The notes: a model not told the origin generated them from the sequence alone. A stretch of DNA of 64,000 nt from Gammaproteobacteria bacterium (GCA_963665145.1 OY762064.1:194403-258402); one strand, 5' to 3'. Shown: positions 25,541-34,181, numbered from the stretch's first letter. Made by a program: numbers and translations.

Positions 25541-27934
25541 TCAGGGTGCAAAGGTAAGCTCCTGCTCAGTATTGGAATTGATTGCTTCATCGGAGAACCA
25601 CCAGTAGTTGATTTCTCCTGACAGCCACATCGGCAGCTGGTCATTGAGATGCGGATCAAACAGCCGTCCGCTGACGCCCCCGGGAACGACAGCCATCACC
25701 TTGTCCGGATCGCCCAGGTCGGCCACAAACCGCAAGGAATCGATGGCGCTGGCGCCGAAATAGGGATTTCCGTAGGATCCCCACAGGGTTTCGGATGACC
25801 CGGTACGCGGGAACTCGCCGCCGCCAAGCAAGCGGTTGAGGAAGTCTCCCGGCACGGGTGCGGGGCTTGAGAACCGAGTGGAGCTGAGATCGCCCCAGCG
25901 CCAGTCTCTCGGATCCTTACCCAGGCGTTCCGACAGCTCCGACCAGGCGCCGCGGGCGGCCTCTCCTACCAGGTCGTCCAGGCTTTCGCGCTCCGGCGTC
26001 GAAATGTCATCGAACCAGTCCGACTCGCCGGCAACAAGCATTCTATGCACGCGTTCCTGCCAGAAAGATGGAGAACCTTCGTAACCATGCACGAACCCTC
26101 CCATTTCATCGGCGAAGATCGCATGGATCAATTTGCGGATCATTACCTGAAACAGGGCCGGCGCCGCCAGGTCCGCATCATCATAGTAGTTCCACTCACG
26201 CAGAATGGTTCCTGTAGCCTGCAATTCAGGGTCGCTCTCCAGTGAATCGACCAGGATGGGCGCAAGGGCCTGGGCAAGGGTATTCCGGGTGTCGATGATG
26301 GCCGCCCAATGATCTTCTGCAGTTAGCACCTGGTCATTGTCGAAGAGTTCCAGCATCCGCCGGTAACGCCAGGACGGGGCCGAGTAACTGCTCCAGACAC
26401 CGTCAAAATCGCCTCGCACGGTGCGGTGATTGGCGTTGCCCACCCAGCCGCGCGCCGGGTTCACCACCGAGGGCGCCTCCTCGAAAGGCACCCAACCCAA
26501 CCAGTTGTCCTGCGCGTCCTCGACCCGCAGGGGAATCGCTCCGTCGCCCAGGCGCCGAACGGGAATACGCCCGGACGTAAAGTGGGCGATGTTGCCCCGA
26601 GTATCGGCCACGTTGTAGTTCAGCGCCCCGACAATGTCACGGATCGCCTCGCCCGCCTCGAACACATCGCGGGACAGCATCAGGCGATCAACCCCGATCT
26701 GGCGCCCCAGGATCTCCGCCACGCTCCAACGCAAGGAAACCGTGCGTCCGCTGTGGTCCCTGAGCAGGAAGTCGGAGACCACAGGCCCTCGGCGCGTATG
26801 ACGAATCTCAAGTGGACGCTCACGATACCCTCCCGGAGCGTCCCGATCGCGTATCCGTATGGTTTCGTTGACAATCGTAAACGGCACGGAGCGTTCGCCT
26901 TCCAGATAATGCCCGTCGCGTTCGGGGTCTTCCTCTTCGATGAAAAGGTCCGAAATATCAGCCGCGGAGTTAGTGACTCCCCATGCGATATGACTGGATC
27001 TCCCGACTGCCAGTCCGGGCCAACCCACGCCTGCAACGCCCACGGCCCGCCAATCAGGCGTGATCAGCGCGACGGGATACCAGATGCCTGGCAGCCGCCG
27101 GGCATCCAGGTGCGGGTCGTTCGCCAGTATCGGCGCGCCTCGCGCAGACCGATCTCCGGACATGACCCAGCTGTTCGAGCCCCCGGCCGGTTTGGCGGGC
27201 CGGAGTGCGGCCTCTTCGGGAAACGGCCGCGGCCGGTCATGCGCAAATTCGTATTGCGACGCCCATTGGCTGCCGTCGTCCGGGTTATAACTCAAGAGCG
27301 AAATCTCCGAGGCCTTGGTCCGACCCAACCGGTCCACCAGTTCCTGGGCCAGCCATTCCGACCGCCAGTTTTCCGTCAGATCGTAGGCCTGAAGCAGATA
27401 ATGGCCGCAGATGTCCTCAAGGGTATAAGGCGCAGGCGAGTCTCCCATCAAGCGCACCAGAAGCGGAAATTCCGCCGGTTTCCTGGCCAGGTAGGCATTG
27501 ATACCTTCAAGGTACCATTCATGAAGTTCACGGCTGGGTGATTCCAGGTTGTCGGCGAAGCGCTTCGCCAGCCGGGTGATTTCCAGCACGCGAACCATCA
27601 CATCGGTGGACACCCCGATGGGCCCCAGTGTTTGGGCAAGCCTGCCGTTGGCTGCTTCGCGGGTGAGAAGCAACTGCGTGAGTCGGTCCTGCGCAGTCAG
27701 GTAGCCTTGAATGCGAATCGCGTCGGCCAATGTTTGCGCGTAGATGTAAGGAACGCCGTTGAGATCTCGCTTGACGGTAACCGGCGACTCCAGTACCGGC
27801 AGGGACATGACTTCGCCTGCTGACCCGCCACGCTGAGGAATATTACTGCTGCGGATCCAAAGGAAAGAAAAAGAGGATATCAGAACTATTAATGATATCA
27901 ATATAATAAGAGATATACTAAATTTTTTTATCAA
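25541..27934 (-). CDS. penicillin-acylase family (S45 Ntn-hydrolase) protein, copy 2
   Basis: Paralog of copy 1, roughly 55-60% identical by eye. 'VPYIYAQTLADAIRIQGYLTAQDRL' and 'GGSNSWVMSG'. I place the start at TTG 27934 (IKKFSISLIILISL...), by analogy with copy 1 and because it overlaps the upstream stop as TTGA. The track ORF starts at GTG 28000. Confidence 0.85.
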   Translation of the reverse strand: MIKKFSISLIILISLIVLISSFSFLWIRSSNIPQRGGSAGEVMSLPVLESPVTVKRDLNGVPYIYAQTLADAIRIQGYLTAQDRLTQLLLTREAANGRLAQTLGPIGVSTDVMVRVLEITRLAKRFADNLESPSRELHEWYLEGINAYLARKPAEFPLLVRLMGDSPAPYTLEDICGHYLLQAYDLTENWRSEWLAQELVDRLGRTKASEISLLSYNPDDGSQWASQYEFAHDRPRPFPEEAALRPAKPAGGSNSWVMSGDRSARGAPILANDPHLDARRLPGIWYPVALITPDWRAVGVAGVGWPGLAVGRSSHIAWGVTNSAADISDLFIEEEDPERDGHYLEGERSVPFTIVNETIRIRDRDAPGGYRERPLEIRHTRRGPVVSDFLLRDHSGRTVSLRWSVAEILGRQIGVDRLMLSRDVFEAGEAIRDIVGALNYNVADTRGNIAHFTSGRIPVRRLGDGAIPLRVEDAQDNWLGWVPFEEAPSVVNPARGWVGNANHRTVRGDFDGVWSSYSAPSWRYRRMLELFDNDQVLTAEDHWAAIIDTRNTLAQALAPILVDSLESDPELQATGTILREWNYYDDADLAAPALFQVMIRKLIHAIFADEMGGFVHGYEGSPSFWQERVHRMLVAGESDWFDDISTPERESLDDLVGEAARGAWSELSERLGKDPRDWRWGDLSSTRFSSPAPVPGDFLNRLLGGGEFPRTGSSETLWGSYGNPYFGASAIDSLRFVADLGDPDKVMAVVPGGVSGRLFDPHLNDQLPMWLSGEINYWWFSDEAINSNTEQELTFAP

Positions 27935-28935
27935 GATAATTTCACTTCGAGTTCTCGATCCAGCCCGAAAATCATTGCCAGCAGGGCGACCCGCATCCAC
28001 ATGCCGTTGCGCTCCTGGCGCCAGTACATGACGCGGGGGTCGTTGTCGACCGCGGGGTCAAGCTCGGGGCCTCGCGGAAGCGGATGCATGACTATCGCCT
28101 CGGCCGGAAATTTGGCGAGCTGCTCGGGACCGATAGCGTAAGAGGCGTAATCGGTGCCAATGGTCTCATCTTCGTCGTCATATTCCCACTGCAGCCGGGT
28201 GAGGTACAAGGCGTCCAGATCATCCAGGACATCAGCAAGGGAACTGGTCGATTCGTAAGCCACCCTGTGGCTGTCAAGGTGTTCCAGGATGTCCTGCCCG
28301 ATCTCGAATCCCGGGGGCGCCACAAACCGCAATTGGACGTCTTTGTAGTTCTTCATCAGGTAGCTGAGCGAGCGCACGGTCCGGCCGCGTCGCAGGTCGC
28401 CCATCATCGCTATGGTCTTGCCGTCGATTCCGCCGCGGTGTTCGAAACTGCGCTCCAGCGTATAGATATCCAGCAGCGACTGGGTCGGATGCTGGTCCGG
28501 TCCGCTGCCGGCGTTGATTACCGGAACGGGACGGGGGATGCTGTCCATCAGTTCGGCGGCGCGCGCCGCTTTGCCCCCTTCCGGCGTGCGCATGATGATC
28601 ACGTCCGCGTAGGAACTGAAGGTCCGGATGCTGTCCTCGAAGGTTTCTCCCTTTACCTCGGAGGAAATGGACGGGTTGCGGATTTCGCTGGTCTGCATGC
28701 CCAGGATATGGCAGGCGCTGTTGAAGGACAGAAAGGTTCGCGTCGAAGGCTGCGTGAAATACAGCATGGCGCGGCGATTGGGGGCCAGTTTCTGCAGGCT
28801 GTTTGAGCCGGCGCGCGACTTTGCAAGTGTTCGTATGTGAGTGGCCAGCCGGCACAGGCGGTCCAGCATTTGCCGGTCGAATTGCCGGGTATCTGTAACG
28901 TGGAAAAGCCCGCTGTTTCCGATCATGCGCGCCAT
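27931..28935 (-). CDS. aspartate carbamoyltransferase-like protein (divergent PyrB-type catalytic chain)
   Basis: 334 aa. 'QPSTRTFLSF', 'VKGET', 'IIMRTPEGG', 'DQHPTQSLLD', 'GDLRRGRTVRSL', 'LYLTRLQWEY' and 'HPLPRGPEL' align block by block with E. coli PyrB motifs. STRTR is changed to STRTF and RVQKER to RLQWEY. Confidence 0.8.
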   Translation of the reverse strand: MARMIGNSGLFHVTDTRQFDRQMLDRLCRLATHIRTLAKSRAGSNSLQKLAPNRRAMLYFTQPSTRTFLSFNSACHILGMQTSEIRNPSISSEVKGETFEDSIRTFSSYADVIIMRTPEGGKAARAAELMDSIPRPVPVINAGSGPDQHPTQSLLDIYTLERSFEHRGGIDGKTIAMMGDLRRGRTVRSLSYLMKNYKDVQLRFVAPPGFEIGQDILEHLDSHRVAYESTSSLADVLDDLDALYLTRLQWEYDDEDETIGTDYASYAIGPEQLAKFPAEAIVMHPLPRGPELDPAVDNDPRVMYWRQERNGMWMRVALLAMIFGLDRELEVKLS

Positions 28936-28976
28936 TATCCTTGAAGCGGCAGGCCAAGGGTAAACTTTCCGCCGCC

Positions 28977-30023
28977 ATGCCCACCAACGTCACACCGGAA
29001 TACAAGAAGGCCGAGCAGGCCTTTCGCGCAGCCCGCGAGCCGGCGGACCGGCTGCGCTGCTTGCGGGAAATGCTGCGCCTGATTCCCAAGCACAAGGGCA
29101 CCGAGCATGTTCAGGCGGACATCAAGACACGCATCAAGCAGCTCACTACGGAGTTGTCCTCACCACGCAAGGGCGGTGCGCGTTCCGGTCCCGCGCACGC
29201 GGTCCGGAGCGAAGGGGCGGCCCAGGTGGCGCTGCTGGGCGCTCCCAATGCCGGCAAGTCCATGTTGCATTCGGCACTGACGGGTTCGCAGTCCACCGTA
29301 GGCGCCTGGCCGCACACGACCGAAACGCCAATCCCGGGCATGGCGCCCTACAACGACATTTACTTTCAACTTGTGGACTTGCCTCCAGTGGCTACGGAGC
29401 GAACCCAGCCGTGGTTGGGGACCGCCCTGCAGCCTGCTGACGCTGCGCTTTTAGTCGCGGACATCGCATCGCCCGATTGTGTCGGGGAGCTTGAGGTCGT
29501 TTTGGAGAAAATGGCGGAGAAGCGCGTCAGCCTCGTGCCCCAGTGGCCCGGACTGCCCGACCCGCGCAAGCCTCGCCGAAAGAAGCGCCGGGTAAGGCGT
29601 CAGCAGGACACATTCGAAGACCTCTTTCGCATAAGCCTCCCTGCCCTGCTGGTCGCGAACAAGAGTGATCTCGGCGCCGACGAGAGAGTCTTGAGCAAAC
29701 TCCGCGGCAGATTCGGCTATCCCGAGGTCCGGGTGTCGGCAAAGACCGGCGAAAACCTGGATGCCATACCTGACTTCCTGTTCAAGGGCCTTGGCGTGGT
29801 GCGCGCCTACACCAAGACCCCGGGCAAGCCGCCTGATCTCGGCCGGCCCTTTACCCTGCGCTACGGCGCCACGGTCAGCGATCTGGCCACGCTGGTCCAC
29901 AAGGAGATTGCCGGAAGCCTGCGTTTCGCCCGAATCTGGGGCGATAAGGTCTATGACGGCCAGCAGGTCAGCCCCCGCCACCTCATTCGGGACGGCGACA
30001 TCCTTGAGCTTCATCACCGTTAG
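28977..30023 (+). CDS. DRG/Obg-class GTPase with C-terminal TGS domain
   Basis: Start at ATG 28977 (MPTNVTPEYKKAEQAF...). G1 'GAPNAGKS', G2 'PHTTETP', G4 'NKSD', G5 'SAK'. TGS-like C-terminus 'VVRAYTKTPGK...GDILELH'. G3 reads 'DLPP' instead of DxxG. Confidence 0.8.
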   Translation: MPTNVTPEYKKAEQAFRAAREPADRLRCLREMLRLIPKHKGTEHVQADIKTRIKQLTTELSSPRKGGARSGPAHAVRSEGAAQVALLGAPNAGKSMLHSALTGSQSTVGAWPHTTETPIPGMAPYNDIYFQLVDLPPVATERTQPWLGTALQPADAALLVADIASPDCVGELEVVLEKMAEKRVSLVPQWPGLPDPRKPRRKKRRVRRQQDTFEDLFRISLPALLVANKSDLGADERVLSKLRGRFGYPEVRVSAKTGENLDAIPDFLFKGLGVVRAYTKTPGKPPDLGRPFTLRYGATVSDLATLVHKEIAGSLRFARIWGDKVYDGQQVSPRHLIRDGDILELHHR

Positions 30024-30152
30024 CCTGTGTCTTGCCGATTGGCGCCTTTTCTCTCCCCCCGTATTGGAGAGGCGCCGTCCTTGGCTCGGTTCCGCCATCC
30101 TGGCTCCAACGCTCTGCACAGTGAGGGGGAAAGAACAGGCTTTAGGCTGCGC

Positions 30153-30818
30153 TCAGGTGCCGGGTTTGAGGACGGACAAGATCGCGATTGCGGCAATGCA
30201 AAGCCAGAGTAGCCCCAGCAGCGCGGTGCCGCTCGCGTAGTTCTTTCGGATGGCGCTTTCCCGCGCGGAGTTGGAGCCTTCGGCTTCAATTTGCCGCCAG
30301 ATGCCGAAGAACTGGATGATGTAGTAGCGGATGCCGACACCACAGGCGATGACAGCACCGAAGAGAACCAGCTTCCAGGCCAGCCAGCCTTGAAGTGAAA
30401 TGGCCCCGAATGCCGCGGCCAGGCCGGCCACGACCAGTACAGCCATCAGCACATAACGCATCAGGCGATCCAGAAACGCCAGTTGCTTTCCGGCCGTAGC
30501 GTGCCGCAAGCGATGGATGAGCTCGACGAACGCCAGCCAGGACAGAGCGACAACGCCTGCTGTCCATGCCAGCGTTGCATCGCCCGGAAAGTAGCCCAAC
30601 AAGGCCGAAAGAACGGTCCCCAGGCCTGCCTGGAGCACCAGCGCGTAGCGAACGTGCTGGTCCACGTCCATGACATGCTCCATCAGGCGTTTGCGCTCGG
30701 CAAAGGGCATCGACGCCGCCCGGCAGACATAGCGGAATTCGCTGTTGATGACGAACTCGGCGCCCAGCCAGTAGCCGAGCACTGCGATATGGATGACGAG
30801 GAGTACGTTGATGAGCAT
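30153..30818 (-). CDS. polytopic membrane protein of unknown function (paralog of 12999-13751)
   Basis: 221 aa with about 6 hydrophobic segments. It starts 15 nt after the AKR gene ends. The N-terminal 'HIAVLGYWLGAEF' motif is shared with the 13-kb copy. Confidence 0.7.
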   Translation of the reverse strand: MLINVLLVIHIAVLGYWLGAEFVINSEFRYVCRAASMPFAERKRLMEHVMDVDQHVRYALVLQAGLGTVLSALLGYFPGDATLAWTAGVVALSWLAFVELIHRLRHATAGKQLAFLDRLMRYVLMAVLVVAGLAAAFGAISLQGWLAWKLVLFGAVIACGVGIRYYIIQFFGIWRQIEAEGSNSARESAIRKNYASGTALLGLLWLCIAAIAILSVLKPGT

Positions 30819-30833
30819 GCGCGGAACCAGTTG

Positions 30834-31811
30834 TCAATCTATGGTTTCGAGTACGGTCTGGTTCCTGGCCGTTTCCGGCAGTTCCATGTACGGACGGGTG
30901 CTATAGGCCTCGTCCAGCTGGCTCAGCACCAGGTCGGGGAGTACCGTGTCGGCCGCGGCCAGCGCATCCTTGACGTGTGCGAGACGGGTCGCGCCGACGA
31001 GCGGGGTCGTTACGGATGGCCGGGTCCACAGCCAGGCCAGCGCGGCGCAGGCGGGTTTGATGCCGTATTCGTCCGATACCTGCGCCAGCACATCGAGCAC
31101 CCGGTCACGCGGTGCGCCGTACATCTGGTCGGCGACATCGTCTGTTCTTCCGCGGTGAGTCGATGCCGGAACACGCGGACGCGCAAGCCGCCCGCGTGCG
31201 AGCGGGCTCCATGGCAACACGGCAATTCCCTGATCTGCGCAAAACGGGAGCAGATCGCGTTCTTCCTCGCGGTACAGCAGGTTGTAGTGGACTTGCACGG
31301 CCTCGAACTCGGGCCAGCCGTTGGCCCGGGCCGTGAAATTCATCTTGGCCAGCTGCCAGGCGCGCAGATTGCACGCCCCCAGGTGGCGAACCTTGCCGTC
31401 GCGCACCAGCCGGCCGAGAGCCTCCATCGTTTCTTCGACAGGGGTTTTGTCGTCAAAGAGGTGTATCTGCAGCAGATCAATGGTCTCGACATCCATTCGC
31501 CGTAGCGATGCCTCGCAGGATGCACGAACGTTGCGCGCCGTAAGACCCCACTCCCCTTCACCGACCGGGAAGTAGAGCTTTGTCGCGATCATGACGCGCT
31601 CGCGCGCCGCGGCCTCGCGCAACATGCGCCCAAGCACGCGTTCACTGCGCCCGGTGGAATAGACGTTGGCGGTATCGAAAAAGGTAATGCCGAGTTCGAG
31701 TGACCGAGCGAGTATCTCCAGAGATTCCTGCTCGTCGATTACCCAGGGCCGCCAACTGCTGGAACCGAAACCCATGCAGCCGAGCGCGACCCGCGGCAGG
31801 GACAAGGTCAT
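30834..31811 (-). CDS. aldo/keto reductase
   Basis: Start at ATG 31811 overlaps the upstream stop by 1 nt (TGATG). 'LGCMGFG', 'ITFFDTANVYSTGRSE' and 'IDLLQIH' are AKR motifs. The 480-aa track ORF has a spurious N-terminal extension. Confidence 0.85.
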   Translation of the reverse strand: MTLSLPRVALGCMGFGSSSWRPWVIDEQESLEILARSLELGITFFDTANVYSTGRSERVLGRMLREAAARERVMIATKLYFPVGEGEWGLTARNVRASCEASLRRMDVETIDLLQIHLFDDKTPVEETMEALGRLVRDGKVRHLGACNLRAWQLAKMNFTARANGWPEFEAVQVHYNLLYREEERDLLPFCADQGIAVLPWSPLARGRLARPRVPASTHRGRTDDVADQMYGAPRDRVLDVLAQVSDEYGIKPACAALAWLWTRPSVTTPLVGATRLAHVKDALAAADTVLPDLVLSQLDEAYSTRPYMELPETARNQTVLETID

Positions 31812-33064
31812 CAGAGCTGCTTGCCGAGAATTGCCGGGGCGCCCTTTGAGGTCGTCTCGACATCGATCAACGGATCTCCGGTGGGAACGCCGAGCAGCAA
31901 CTTGCCTGTCGGCGCAATGGTTTGATCCCAATTGAGCTCGATGTGTGTGGCTACAGCCCGGCAATCGCGATACAGCCGTTGAACGGGATTGGACGCCTTT
32001 TGCCCCGTGACGCCCATCATGGCCGCCAGAGAATCCGCTGTGGACGCGCACAGCCGCGACCCGAATGTCACCAGTCGCCACACACGCAGCAACCGCTCGC
32101 CGACAATCTCCTCGCCTGCCGCGCCGGCAGCATGAAGGTCCCTGATCACTTCCTCGAACAGCAACTCTGCGGCATCGAGCTTCGCGCGCGCTTCGCCAAC
32201 GCGGACCTGAACCGGAAGTTGCGACACGATCGATTCGCCAAAGAGCCTTCCGGTGCGAGCCCGGGTTTGCGAACAATAGGACTCCAGCGCCCCACGCGCC
32301 GCGCCGAGCAGCGGCCCGAGAAACCAGCTTCTCTGGTAGGGGAAAGTACGGACGCGGTGTACGTAGCTTTCCGCAATCGCGGCGCCCGGCGGATTCATGC
32401 TGGCAAACTCTTCGATGGTCACAATGCGCCTGGCCGGCACGAGCACCTGTTCGGCCGAGACGTCATGGCTGCCGGTACCGCGAAGGCCTTCGACATGCCA
32501 GGTGTCGTGGACGCGATACTCGCCAGGGAGCAGTAACGCGAAGTGAGAAATCCCTCCTTTGGGATCTTCGCGGGCGGTGACCATCACGCCGCTTGCTATG
32601 TTCACGCCGCTGACGAATGCCCACCGCCCCGTCAGCCGCCAGTCGGAACCGTCGCGGAGAATGGCTCCTCCGCCGGCGGATCCGCTTGCCAGCACGGCAT
32701 CATCGCCGGCGCTGGCAAAGAATTCTTCCTGGGCCTCCGGCAGGAACCGGGCTACGAACATCACGTGGGAAAAGACCAGTGACACCAGCCACCCAGTTGA
32801 TCCACACTCCCGCGCGAGTCGCTCGCTCACGGTGAAATGGGGTCCCCAGTCAAGACCGTAGCCTCCGTAACGGCGGGGCCTGTAGATCTTGTGCAGCCCG
32901 GCCGCCTTCAGCGCCTTCACTACCTCGGGTACAGGGTCGCGCAACTCCTCGGAGTGGACGGCATTCTCACCCACAAGCGGCGCGAGCGCCTCGGCCGCAG
33001 AGGCCAGTTCACCCGCTGTGGGCACAGTGGAATCCGTTGAGGCCGAGGCGGTGTAGTCAGGCAT
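31811..33064 (-). CDS. acyl-CoA-dehydrogenase-fold flavin-dependent monooxygenase (type-2 ACAD, HsaA/DszC-like)
   Basis: 'RLTGRWAFVSG' and 'WHVEGLRGTGSHDVSAEQVLVP' are typical of the group. The start is uncertain (ATG 33064 or TTG 33085). Confidence 0.75.
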   Translation of the reverse strand: MPDYTASASTDSTVPTAGELASAAEALAPLVGENAVHSEELRDPVPEVVKALKAAGLHKIYRPRRYGGYGLDWGPHFTVSERLARECGSTGWLVSLVFSHVMFVARFLPEAQEEFFASAGDDAVLASGSAGGGAILRDGSDWRLTGRWAFVSGVNIASGVMVTAREDPKGGISHFALLLPGEYRVHDTWHVEGLRGTGSHDVSAEQVLVPARRIVTIEEFASMNPPGAAIAESYVHRVRTFPYQRSWFLGPLLGAARGALESYCSQTRARTGRLFGESIVSQLPVQVRVGEARAKLDAAELLFEEVIRDLHAAGAAGEEIVGERLLRVWRLVTFGSRLCASTADSLAAMMGVTGQKASNPVQRLYRDCRAVATHIELNWDQTIAPTGKLLLGVPTGDPLIDVETTSKGAPAILGKQL

Positions 33065-33260
33065 CTTGGTACCAGGAGAAAGCAAATTGCCATTTCAAGA
33101 ATAATCGCGACGCCGCGGAATCTCCAACAACATCGGAACAATGGCTTGTCGAAAAGCCATCGCCGGGAAGAGGTTGCGGTGTTGAGGTGGACGTAGAGGA
33201 CAAGACCGGCAACACTACCCATTAGGGAAACCGGCAGACAAAAGGGCAGGCGAAATCTCC

Positions 33261-34181
33261 ATGAGCAACGACAACATCAATCCTGGCGGGTCGGCGGGTG
33301 CCGAGTCGCGAGGGACCTGGTCTGAGAGCGCCTTAAAGGCCTTGCATCATTTGTCGCTCAAGGACCGCGTCGTCATCATCACCGGCGGCAGCCGCGGGTT
33401 CGGCTGGTTCATGGCGGAGGAATTGCTGCGGGCCGGCGCGCGAGTGACACTGACCGGGCGCAACAGCGACACCCTGGCGAGGGTGCTTGACAAAGCTCAG
33501 CGACTCGCCGGACCCGGCCGCTGCATTGCAGTAGCCGGAGACGTCACCCGGCCGGAAGATTGTGTCCGCACCGTGGAAGAAACCGTTCGTGAATTCGGCC
33601 GTATGGACGTCCTGATCAATAACGCCGGGCGATCATACGGAGAGTTCGGAGACAGGCTTTCGAAAATCACGCCTTTCTACGACGTCACGGAATCGCAATT
33701 GCGCGCAATTGTTGAGACCAACCTGTTCGGCGTCTTCTTCATGACTCAAGCCGTTATTCCGTACATGTTGAAACGGAAATTCGGCAAGGTGATTTCCATC
33801 TCCACGAGCCTGCTCAACATGGTCCGGCCCGGAAATTCCGTTTACGGGTCTTCAAAGGCGGCGCTCGAGACCGCGCATCGTTGCTGGGCGGGCGAAATGA
33901 AGGACACCGGCATCGACGTGAATATCCTGTTGCCCGGCGGTCCGTCGGATACCGAGCTGATCACGCCGGAAATGGTGCCTGGCGTTGTCGGTGAGCGGGC
34001 CGGTGGCCGCCTGTTGCCGGGCGACATTATCGTGCCGCCGGGCGTTTGGATGTGTACGGACGCAACCAACGGGATGACCGGAGAAAGGGTGATCGCACGC
34101 TTTTGGGATGAGCAACTCGCCCCGGACGAGGCATTTCAGGGCTGCCTGCAGGAGCACGTGGAAGAGCCGTCGATCATGTAG
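33261..34181 (+). CDS. short-chain dehydrogenase/reductase
   Basis: 'VVIITGGSRGFG' (TGxxxGxG), 'NNAG' and 'SVYGSSKAAL' (YxxxK). Confidence 0.88.
   Translation: MSNDNINPGGSAGAESRGTWSESALKALHHLSLKDRVVIITGGSRGFGWFMAEELLRAGARVTLTGRNSDTLARVLDKAQRLAGPGRCIAVAGDVTRPEDCVRTVEETVREFGRMDVLINNAGRSYGEFGDRLSKITPFYDVTESQLRAIVETNLFGVFFMTQAVIPYMLKRKFGKVISISTSLLNMVRPGNSVYGSSKAALETAHRCWAGEMKDTGIDVNILLPGGPSDTELITPEMVPGVVGERAGGRLLPGDIIVPPGVWMCTDATNGMTGERVIARFWDEQLAPDEAFQGCLQEHVEEPSIM

Noticed and set aside
30041-30076. Hairpin GGCGCC...TCTCC / GGAGA..GCGCC after the GTPase gene as a rho-independent terminator
   Set aside because: The stem is interrupted and no U-tract follows. It is too weak to call.
31812-32276. 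N-terminal extension of the 480-aa track ORF (AKR)
   Set aside because: The extension overlaps the monooxygenase gene in another frame and is Arg/Ser-rich nonsense. The AKR motifs begin right after ATG 31811, which overlaps the upstream stop.
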